Source: Marsupella aquatica (taxonomy: Eukaryota > Plantae > Marchantiophyta). From it: a stretch of DNA of 64,000 nucleotides. Each line of letters starts with the position of its first letter. Positions within the stretch are counted from its first letter, which is position 1. A model generated the notes under the pieces. It worked only from the letters and a program-made list of their open reading frames with translations. It searched no databases and was not told the DNA's origin. Both the position numbers and the translations under genes were made by a program. Shown here in pieces: positions 35,901 through 46,260 of the stretch. The stretch is taken from contig OZ316892.1 of the NCBI GenBank assembly GCA_973895155.1, positions 3,537,223-3,601,222 on the forward strand, read 5' to 3'.

Positions 35901-38900
35901 TCTTCTCACCAGTTGCTAAGTACTCAACAATACGGCTATTGTGTGTGCTTGTTGTAATGTTTGGTCTACTGCTAGATCAGATGGATGTTGTCACAGCTTT
36001 CCTCTATGGCACTATCGTAAGCCGTAAGAACACAAAAGTAACAAAATATGTTTATAAACTCGAAATTCAATCCCTTTAGGAACAGAATTGGAATAGATTG
36101 AATGATATAGTAATTTTGAGAGGTTTAGAGCCTCTTACTCTATATAGCTCAAGTTTTCCTTATAGGAGAATTAAATAAACTAACAAAATACAAGCAAGGG
36201 AAATCTTCTGAGTTATGAATAAAGGTAAGTTTCAATTGAGTGAGATAATTATCAATTTGATATTGCCACTCCTTCAAAAAGGACTATGGTCTTATTGTAT
36301 ACAAACAAAATCTCTCTAAACTCATCTGAACTTTTCTTAAATCCATAACAATACTGATTGAAAGATTTATGCTCACCAAACCCAAAGTAGTTTTCTGATT
36401 ACAGGTACTAAGATATGGATCCACTATTATGCCGTCAACATGGATTGATTATTAGCGATGAGCAATTTCAATCAATCACTAGTGGATATACCAGAGTACA
36501 TGAATGATACTAGCTACTATAAAAATGGAATTTTTGCTTCTCTCAATCCAGCATTGATTCTCAAATTGGCTAGCAAATCTCATCTGAGCAAGTCTAGAAG
36601 TGAATTCGACATGAATCTCAAAAGACTGTGATTGTAATTCAGTCACAGAGGGCATCTACTCAATTCATTCACACAACACATAACATATATTTTACAAGTT
36701 CCATACAAGTCTCTCTTGTTACAATGGAAGGAGGGAACCCATCCAGAATTCTGATATCTGAATAAAATTGTGCCCCCCAGAAATGAGTAAACCATGAGGT
36801 TTTATAGGTAAAGGTTTCTAGTTGAAAAGGCATGACCTTTCAAACCTCAAATATCTAAAAGATAATCCTAGAAAAGATGGAAAAAGTAAAGTGTGGGAAA
36901 TGCAGTGGACGCTTCAGAAAGCGTCAAGGTTTGAGTGAAGGTTCGTCGGTGTTTTATGGTAAAACTAATAAACAGTAATCTTAATCTAATTTTAACTTCT
37001 AAACTAAAAGTCGGAATGAGTTGAAACTTTTCTAGGGTACTCTACTACATAAAATCTCTATGCTGCCAAAGTTTCAGACTTTTCTAAGATCTTTAAGTGC
37101 CTCAAATAAATTGGTAAAAGTGGCAGTGTTATAAAAGTGCGAAAACTGAAAACTTTTCTAAGTGTCGGGAACATAATGGACGCTTCAGAAAGCGTCCAAA
37201 ACTACAAAGGACTTTTGTCGACGCTTCAGAAAGCGTCGACTGAATTTTGAGGTTTTGGTCGCAGCGTTCGTCTTCTGGTCTTCGGGGGACGTTTCGTGGG
37301 CGTTGTAGTGTCGATATCGCCTTTGGGGTAGCGGACGCCTCAGAAAACGTCGCTCCTCATGTGGACACTTCAGAAAGCATCATGGTGTCGGGTGGATCGT
37401 AGAGCGTCAGAGTACAGCTGGTTGGATGGCGGACACTTCAGAAAGCGTCGTCACTTAGCGGTTGTATTTCAAAGCGTCGCTACCTTCACTCTTCCGAGTC
37501 CGTATAGTTACTTCTTCACCAACGGACGCTTCAGAATTTGGTGTCGCGTTTGGAGGCGTCGCGTCTGGCTGGCTAGCGTCACATATGGATGCCTCAGCTG
37601 TATTGGGCTTTCTTTCGCTTTGGACTGGGGACGCTTCCGAAAGCGTCCCTGTAGAACAAATGGACAGACTTGAATTAAGCGTCATATTGGAGAAGACGCT
37701 TTAGAAAGTGTCGTCTTTCACCCAAAAAGGTTTGAAAAATTCCGAATTCGCTCTTATTGACATATTTCAACAAAAGTCCCTTTTCTACAAGCACCTTGGA
37801 AGAGGTAATCTTCATGAGACAGCCGCTAGGTTTTGTGAAGAGAGGACAAGAGGAACTGGTTTGCAGATTGTTGAAATCCTTGTATGGGTTGAAGCAGTCA
37901 CCAAGACAGTGGAACAAGCGGTTTGACGATTGGATTCGGTCACAAGGTTTTCACAGGAGTGTGTTTGACCCTTGTGTATATTTGAAACCGGTAAAAAATA
38001 TTGTCTTTGGGTTCATTGTTTTAGTACTTTATGTGGATGACATACTTATTGCGGCCAAGGATAGGTCTGAGATTGTTAAGCTCAAGGCACTGCTAAGTGC
38101 AGAGTTTAAGATGAAGGACTTAGGGCCAGCTAAGAGGATTTTGGGTATGGAGATCACTAGGGACTTGGAGGCTGGTAAGCTATGGTTGACACAGAGCAGT
38201 TATGCAAGGAAGGTAATTGTCAGGTTCAACATGGGGGATAGTAAGCCAGTAAGTACCCCTTTGGCTGCACACTTCAAATTATCATCAACTTTTTGTCCCA
38301 CAGATGCAACAGAGAAGGGGCTGATGTCAAAGGTTCCTTATGATAAGGCAGTGGGAAGTCTCATGTATTTGATGACTTGCACTAGACCTGATCTTGCCAT
38401 GGCTATGGGCAAGGTAAGCAGGTACATGTCAAATCCAGGGAAGGTACATTGGGAAGCAGTGAAGTGGATTATCAGGTACTTGAAGGGTACCGTGAATCAT
38501 GGTCTTTTATTTTGATGCAAATGCAAATAATGCAAGATCATTGATTGGCTATGTAGATTCTGACTATGGACAAGATCTGGACCGAAGGAGATCAACAATA
38601 GGGTACGTGTTCACACTTGGCGGTGGATGCATAAGTTGGAGGTCTACTTTGCAGAAGTGTATTGCTCAGTCTACTATAGAAGCAGAGTATGTTGCAGCAG
38701 CGGAAGCAACGAAGGAAGCAATTTGGTTGGATAGACTTATCACTAAAATAGGATTGCCACAGGGGAATGTGAAGCTCCATTGTGATAGTCAGAGTGCGCT
38801 CCACCTTGCTGTGAACCAGGTGATGGACAGTAGAGTGAAGCACATAGACGTCAGGTACCATTTTATCAGGCAGGTTGTGTTTGATAATTTGTTTGAGCTA

Positions 38901-39014
38901 GTCAAGATAGACGGTAAACTCAACCCAGCTCACGCATTTACCAAAGTGATTCATTTGGAAAGTTTCTCTAGACATCGTGATGTGTTGCAGGTTTTGCAAT
39001 TGCGTCACAAGTAA
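32983..39014 (+). pseudogene. Copia A gag-pol polyprotein (frameshifts, stops, solo-LTR insertion)
   Basis: gag with CWKCHKIGHVKRDC knuckle; protease WILDCACTFHI; GAG-pre-integrase WHSRLGH...CEHC; integrase HSDVWG/RSDNGGE/NGVAER; RT LYVDDILI; RNase H GYVDSD. Confidence 0.93.
36013..37789. mobile_element. 1.78-kb solo LTR (family X) inserted in the Copia A RT
   Basis: Interrupts AFLYGT|LEEVIFMRQP. TSD GGCAC/AGCAC (36008-36012, 37790-37794). Ends TA(TG-derived)...CTACA. About ten copies of the palindrome GACGCTT-CAGA-AAGCGTC. Confidence 0.8.
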
Positions 39015-39554
39015 GGGTTTTTCTTAACATTCGTTGTAATTACTGATATATGCTCTTCTTCACTCCTAGTAATAGGCTACGGCTTAGTTCTGGTTTGCTC
39101 TAGTTAGAGAGGGGAAACCATGTTGGTTTCCATCCAGAACTTCCCGCTGAGGAATCATATAGGTTAGCAGTATTATCCTCCCCTAGACCAGAGTCAAGGG
39201 GGAGATTGTTAGGTATTTACTCAAGGTCTAGGGTTACGACATATAACCATAGTTAGACTAACCATAGTCGGAGACGTGGTTAGGTTAACTAGGATGCATA
39301 CTATATGCCAAGCGGTGTTTGCTTGGATAAGTGGAACTTAGGCTCATTGTTATGGGGCCACTTGAGAGATGAGGAGAGCTTACACTGTGGAGACTTGGTA
39401 TAGCCGACGGACTTAGAGTTCAGTAAAGCTCTCTTGTGTGTTCCCGTGGACGTAGCCTCAAGGAAGTGAACCACGTATCTCTTGTGTCAACTACTTGCGC
39501 GTTGGATGTGTCATGTGCTTATCGTTACGAGTGTCGTCTATGCTCAACATACTC

Positions 39555-42500
39555 ACCTTGCCCATAACCATGGCAAGATCAGGTCTAGTGCAGGTCATCA
39601 AATACATGAGACTCCCCACTGCCTTGTCATAAGGAACCTTTGACATCAGCCCCTTCTCTGTCTCATCCGTAGGACAGAATGCTGATGACAACTTGAAGTG
39701 TGGAGCCAACGGGGTACTTACTGGCTTGCTATCCCCCATGTTGAACCTTGCAATTACCTTCATCGCATAACTGCTCTGCGTCAACCATAGCTTGCCAGCC
39801 TCCAAGTCCCTAGTGATCTCCATACCCAAAATCCTCTTAGCTGGCCCTAAGTCCTTCATCTTAAACTCTGCACTTAGCAATGCCTTGAGCTTAACAATCT
39901 CAGACATGTCCTTGGCCGCAATAAGCATGTCATCCACATAAAGTACTAAAACAATGAACCCAAAGACAACATTCTTCACCGGTTTAAGATACACACATGG
40001 GTCAAACACACTCCTGTGAAAGCCTTGTGCACGAATCCAATCATCAAACCGCTTATTCCACTGTCTTGGTGACTGCTTCAACCCATACAAGGATCTCAGC
40101 AATCTGTAAACCAAATCCTCTTGCCCTCTCTTCACAAAACCTAGCGGCTGTCTCATGAAGATCACCTCTTCTAAGGTGCCATAGAGGAAGGCTGTGACAA
40201 CATCCATCTGATCTAGGAGCAGATCAAACATTACAACAAGCACACACAATAGCCGTATTGTTGAGTACTTAGCAACTGGTGAGAAGACCTCATTGTAATC
40301 AACATCTTTTTCCTGTGTGAATCCCTTGGCTACCAACCTAGTCTTGTAGACCTTCGATCCACCTCCCGTGGATTGATCCTTCAACTTGTATATCCACTTG
40401 CTCTCCACCACTTGCTGTCCCTCAGACAAGCTCCCAAGTTTTGTTGTCCTTCAGTGACTGCATCTCCGTTTGAATTGCTGCAGTCCACTCCTGCTTCTCC
40501 TCAGAAGCACTTGCCTCATGAAATGAAGAAGGTTCCCCTTCTTCCAAAATCAACGCATCACCCTCATTGTCAGTAATAAAATCCTCCTCTTGCAACTGAG
40601 ATGAATCAACCCACTATCCATACCTTGGTGGAGCGCGTACAGTGCGACCAGATGTTCTTCTAGCCGATGACTCTGGTTGATCTGTGTGTGTTGGTACAAT
40701 CTGTAGCTCAGCAGCATCCACTTGCTGCTCACCAGCATCAACAAACTCCTCTTGTTCCTCTGCCATAGGAACCAACTCCATATTTGGAGCAACTCCTTCT
40801 CTCCGGTCATGGACCTCATGACCAATCTCCCCCTCAACAAGATCCAGGATAGGAGATTTTCCTTTGTCAGTACGGGAGACTTGAGTACTCTCCCCCTCCT
40901 TCAATAATCTGGATTCATTGAAGGAAACATCCCTATTGACAACGAGCTTACAGGCAATAGGATCCCATAGCCTATAGGCTTTCACACCACTCTGGTACCC
41001 AAGAAAAATACATTTCTTGGAGGTAGGCTAGGATCTAACTTGATCCTATTCTGGTTTGGTGTGAGAGCATATGCATCACTTCCAAAACCTACCAAGCCAT
41101 GATAGTCTGCTTGCCACTTATAGCGCATCTCAAACGGCGTTTTGAAATTGATAGCACTAGAAGAAGAAAGATTTACCAAATAAGCTGCGGTATTGACAGC
41201 TTTTGCCCAAAATTCCTATGGTAAACCTGATTGGCTCAACATACTCCGTGATCGCTCCAATAGTGTTCGATTGAGCCTCTCAGCGATACCATTCTGTTGT
41301 GGAGTATAAATTGTGGTGAGATGGCGAGTTATCCCCTGTTCTGAAGAATACTCCCCGCCGTTGTCTGGCCTCAGACTCTTCACCCTTGTATCCAAACACT
41401 TAACCGTGTTTCCAGTCTGATTCTCCACCTGGACCTTCCACTTCTTAAAAGTGGATAAGACATCAGACTTATGCGTCATGAAATAAATCCACACAAATCT
41501 TGAGTAATCGTCAATAAATGATACATAGTACAACTTTCCAGAGTGTGAGGGAGTCGGGGATGGACCCCACACGTCACTATGTATGTACTCAATAACCACC
41601 TTGGAACTGTGTGTTCCAACACCGAAAGCACGACGATGCTGCTTTCCAAGAATGCAATGCTCACAGAACTCTAATTTATAAGATTGTAAATTAGAAATGA
41701 GTCCATTCTTTCGTAAGATAGCCAATCCCTTCTCACTCATGTGGCCTAGACGTGAATGCCACAGATGAGTCATCTCCTCATGAGACTTGGTTACATTGGC
41801 CTCTCCACATACAGTATTGCCCTGTAACACATACAAATTCTTCTGTCTGCTCCCCTTCAAGATCACTGTCTCTCCCGACCTGACTTGAAGTTCACCATCA
41901 ATAACGCTCAATTGATGACCATTTGAATCCAACACACCCAGTGAAATCAGATTCTTACGCATGCCAGGTACATACTTGACTCCGGAAAATGTGCGCATAG
42001 TGCCATCAAACATTTGAATTTTCACAGACCCAATATCCTCAATTTGACATGAGTGATAATTTCTCATCAGAACTAAACCGTTTGAAACAGAGTAAGAACT
42101 GAAAAACTCTCGAATGTAACAAATGTGAAAAGAGCAAGCACAATCAAGAATCCACACATCATCTGCTCTCCTAGATGATGTGCACAGGGCATATCCCTGG
42201 CTTCATAATACATACTCATCATTGAGTAAATCAGCATCTCCATCAGCCCTAGCCACATTTGCCGATGAAGATTCAGCTGCCTTTCCCTTACAGTCTCGCT
42301 TGAAGTGTCCAACCTGGTTGCACTTCCAACATGTCACTTGCCTTCTCTGAGGGGATTTACCTCTGGACTTAGATCTGGATTTAGATCTAAACTAGGTTCT
42401 ACGCTCCCCAATTGGTCGCTGCATACTCCTCCCACGGTTAACAGTAAGGGCAGCACTAGAGGATGAAGGTTGTGACATGATATGCATCTTCTGCTGAAGA

Positions 42501-43246
42501 TCATCACTAAGCAGAGAACTTACCACGTCATTGTATGAAATGGTATCCCTATCATGATGCAACAACACCCATGATAGAGATTGGTAAGATGGAGGCAATG
42601 AACTGAGAAGCTGCAAAGCCTTCGTCTCATCATTCAAAGTCTCCCCACGGTTTTCCAAGTCAAGGACCATGTCGTTGAAAGCATCCACATAGTCTTGCAA
42701 CTTCGTACCGGATTCCTTCATCCTGAAACTCATCAGTTTGTAGGAAGTATAGAGTCAGTTCGACAACTCCTTGCGGTGATACTTGCTTTGCAATTCCGCA
42801 AATAAGGACATGCAGTCCTTATGTGCACCCAACTGCTTGATGATGGGAGGCATGAGATAGAGTGTAACACGTGTACCACACTCCCTACTCCTGCATGCGG
42901 TCCCATTGTCTCTCATCAACATCATCTTCACGAGGGCTCAGCAGTTGGCCCATCCCTGACGCATAGAGCACTCCCTTCACCTGCTTCTCCCAAAGCAAGT
43001 AGTCAGAGCGCCCATCATACTTTGTCACTTCATACTTGGGTCCCCCAAGCTTGAACGTACCCATCTTCTTCTTTGGGACTATCGTGAGCTCCGGTAGAAG
43101 AACTGCTTCCTCCACCACTCGTCGCACCGGTGATGGTACCGGTGTCACGTGCTCTTCCTCTTGCTCCTCTCTCTCCACCACAAACCGCTATGGTGATCCT
43201 CGTGCTTCAAGTTCCACGTCTTCAAAATCTCCTTCGAATCACTCAT
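39555..43246 (-). pseudogene. Copia B gag-PR-INT-RT (5' part)
   Basis: gag with CWKCNQVGHFKRDC; WILDCACSFHI; HSDVWG...DNGGE...NGIAER; LYVDDMLI. Several frameshifts and stops. Confidence 0.92.
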
Positions 43247-43732
43247 ATGAGAAAATCACAAAAAAATAACATTTTTCACAACTTCTCAAAAAACTCAAAA
43301 CTAATCACCGTCGCGTAGCCCACGAGGCTAGGAGTCCAAAATTGAAAACCAAAATCAAAAACAAACTTTGACAAAAAAGTTATACAAATTTTGGTCGCCC
43401 TTGGAGCGAGGCTCCCTTTGGTCACTCCGGGTTGCCCTTGGAGCGAGGCTCCCCCTAGTCACTTCGGGTCGCTCTTGGAGCAAGGCGCCCTCGGGTCGCC
43501 CTTGGAGCGAGGCACCCTCTGGTCACTCCAGGTCTCCCTAGAAACCTTGTTGCTACGAAAATCCTGCCGCAATTCTCGGACAAAGTTACTGTTCACTAAC
43601 TTTGTCTTTTCCTTGTGTCCTAGGTCGCCGCCGCACCTCACCTCTCCGTGGTGCGCTAAGTTTTTGTAGGAAACACAATTTGCCAACATCCAACGTTGCT
43701 TGCTGCCGCCAACATCCAACGTTGCTTGCCGC

Positions 43733-46183
43733 CATACATCTTGGGCAAGCTCCTGCGGTTTCCTCTAGTTTAGAACTTAATTTCCTAGCGATTCTGCCTA
43801 TCTGGAATGCTATCGCAACCGGGTACTCATTTTGATTCCAATGACACCATTCTAAGAGTTTTCTAAGGTCCTCCTTTCTCTTGGGTAGGCGGTACTGCGT
43901 GTAGCCTTGAGGTAATCGATCACTTGGTGGCATGGTCGCTGCTATAAACGCTGCTCCGAACAGAGGATTGCAAATGAATTGCTCGCCTCCTCATGTTCCA
44001 GGTTCCTCCATGCGCTTCTCGAAGTACCAACTCTGTGTGTGTGGACGTGGTGTAAGCAATTATCATAACATCGCCTTCTCGTGCCCTACTTCTCCCGCTG
44101 GCTAGTATCGAGTGCTCTTTCTCGTTCAGTGTTGCTATGATTGCTGCTTCGACATCCTTCTCAAAATAGAACATCGTCTAGAACTCCTTCGGCGAGTTCA
44201 TGTCACCCGTTCGCCTTTCTGGATTTGCGCGTTTCTCTCTTGGTTCGGACTGCTGGTCGTAGCAGTTGCTCCTCTTTCGGAACCCTCAACGAGGCGTTCC
44301 CCAGTATGGTCGCCAAAAATGTTAAACGCCAACTTCGACCTTGCAATTAATGGCCGTTTAACTACCTTCTCCTCAGTAATCTTGTTTAAACGATTAACCG
44401 ACCTTTGAGAGGCGGCACTCCTTCTATCTCGACATAGTCCCCGTAAGTGAATCCGACCAAGTGCTCTTGAATGTCGAGTTCCGTCTTCCACTTCTTAGGC
44501 ACTTCAGCCTCGGCCAACACTAACCCCTCTCTATACACAATCTCAATGAACTCACACCACTCGCGGTAAGTGATCAAGCAAATCGGAATGTTCTCGTATA
44601 GTAACTGACGGGAAATAAGATGGGTGCCGATAGAACAGATCCACAGTTCCAGTGATCTTAAGGTAATCAAGGAGCAAGACTTGTCGTCACTGCTGTCTGC
44701 GTTCATGGTTTTTAGTAGCCGTGACCTGATTAAGTCCGGCTGTCCTTTGAATCAGCCTGCCTGGCAATTGATTTCTGGATTGTGTGGGTGACTATGACAG
44801 GGTTACCCTAAGCAAGTACCCCAGTATCACATTTACCCTTGTATGATGGAGGTGTATGACGCCCAGTGTATCGCCTTCAAAACACACTATCTCCAACTAG
44901 ACACCGCTTCTCACTAGCTGTCTGTTCAACCTATACCTTGAGGCACTGGCCCGTAAGGTTCTGGTTCGCAATGAGACGATATTCATTCATCGTTGCGATT
45001 AACGAGTAACGACTTGCTGCATAAGGCAAATTCCTTCTCTCTCTCTCTCTCTAATTCGACGTTCTCATTCACTACTCAAGTGCGGACTTCACTCTGTTGC
45101 ATTCATTCCAAACTCTCTCTTTATACTCAAAGACTACTCAACTGAGTAGGGACACTATTACAAAATTGCTGGCATTCCTAAGGTGAGCGGAGCCCTACCT
45201 TGCCCCAGACTTCTAGCAAAAAGTGACACCGTGACTAGTACTTCAAAGCCCCTAAATACCTTTACCCCGCGTCTATCTTCGCCCGAGGCCTCTACTACTT
45301 CTTTGGGTGCGCCGATTACAGTTGGGCGACTCGTGCCTCCTCTTTGGTCTCCTCCGCTCATTCACCAAGAACGCTAACTAATGCCTACCAAAACGATGAG
45401 TGGAAGCCAAGAACTGCTGATTACTATGTCAAGAAGTTCTGTCTTCCTGGTTACTGAACTGTGCAACGGCCTCCTCGATTCCCTTCGGTTGCGCCTGATC
45501 CGGAAGCTTCCGGACTCCCAATTGTTAATCTTGCCATATGTGCCTCGACCTCCTGACTTCTGTCATCTTCCTTGGGGTTACTCGGTTTGCCGGCCACGAT
45601 TACTTGTTCGGCGGTGATTAATCGCCACGTAATCCGCTGATCGTGGCTGTTCTCCCATCTTAGCAGCGGATTCCATTTCTTCCGCATGACCTTTCTGCAG
45701 AGTTCCTCGATGGCCTCGCCGGTGGTGAATTGTTGGCGGAACTCTTCGCCCTTCATTCCGAACAATTGTTGCCCAGCCGCATCCCATACACGACAACTTC
45801 TTTCTTTGATCCGAATAGTGAACATGAACATAGGCACTCCTTCGCCTAGCGACTTACACTCATGAGCTAACCGATTCCTGCTAACGGGGGTTCCTATATC
45901 CGCCCCCCCTTGCCTTTTTTGTCGAGCTCTTGTGCCTAAGGCACATACTCTGCCATCTGCTAGTAGGCCATCGCAGCCTTCATAGCAGAACTCAACTCCT
46001 ACACGACCGTTAATCGAGATGATCGTCGCCTCCCCTACTTCCAGCCTTTCTGTCATCTCAACAAAAGGAATAACCGCTGGTCCTTGCTTACTACTTCCTA
46101 AATACTCTTGGTTGACCTCTAGTTGACACTTCTAAACCTAAAAAAAAACTATAATATCGCCGGTGTAATTTTTATCGTTTACA
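43733..46183 (-). repeat. Gypsy 3' LTR (probably truncated at 43733)
   Basis: About 97-98% identical to 55234-57684 (16 differences in ~680 nt counted, all transitions). TATAAAGAGAG at ~45125 on the minus strand. Confidence 0.85.
45451..46056 (-). CDS. LTR-encoded 201-aa protein resembling the RPA1/RPA70 C-terminal OB fold with Zn ribbon
   Basis: ATIISI...FCYEGC-x9-C...HEC...PMFMFTIRIKE...VWDAAGQQLFGMKGEEF...EELCRKVMRKKW...DQRITWRLITAEQV lines up in order with plant RPA1 ATISFI...FCYTAC-x8-C...CDRC...YRYLLQVQIQD...AFQETGEEIMG...EQRVKMTVVKVDKV. Confidence 0.7.
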   Translation of the reverse strand: MTERLEVGEATIISINGRVGVEFCYEGCDGLLADGRVCALGTRARQKRQGGADIGTPVSRNRLAHECKSLGEGVPMFMFTIRIKERSCRVWDAAGQQLFGMKGEEFRQQFTTGEAIEELCRKVMRKKWNPLLRWENSHDQRITWRLITAEQVIVAGKPSNPKEDDRSQEVEAHMARLTIGSPEASGSGATEGNRGGRCTVQ

Positions 46184-46260
46184 TTCTCCTTTGCTTACCT
46201 ACAGATTCGTCCTCGATATCCGTTATGCTTGGTACACGTTGGGGACAAGTCGTCACCGGT

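Larger units (their letters stand above)
31245..39549 (+). mobile_element. Full-length Ty1/Copia retrotransposon 'A' inserted in the RT of Copia B in opposite orientation
   Basis: 343-bp TG...CA LTRs at 31245-31587 and 39207-39549 (8 substitutions + 2 indels by manual count). 5-bp TSD TACTC (31240-31244, 39550-39554). PBS and PPT (39196-39205) present. Confidence 0.96.
23794..43732 (-). mobile_element. Ty1/Copia retrotransposon 'B': 5'-truncated, 3' LTR split by a CACTA element, RT split by Copia A
   Basis: 3' LTR = 23794-23825 + 30147-30459, matching the intact solo LTR at 62634-62978. PPT at 30461-30470. gag-PR-INT-RT-RH order on the minus strand. 5' UTR runs to ~43732; no 5' LTR or PBS. 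Confidence 0.9.

Noticed and set aside
36900-37715. Palindromic repeats with spacers resembling a CRISPR array
   Set aside because: Repeats are only 18 bp, degenerate and irregularly spaced, inside a TSD-bounded LTR in plant DNA; no cas genes.
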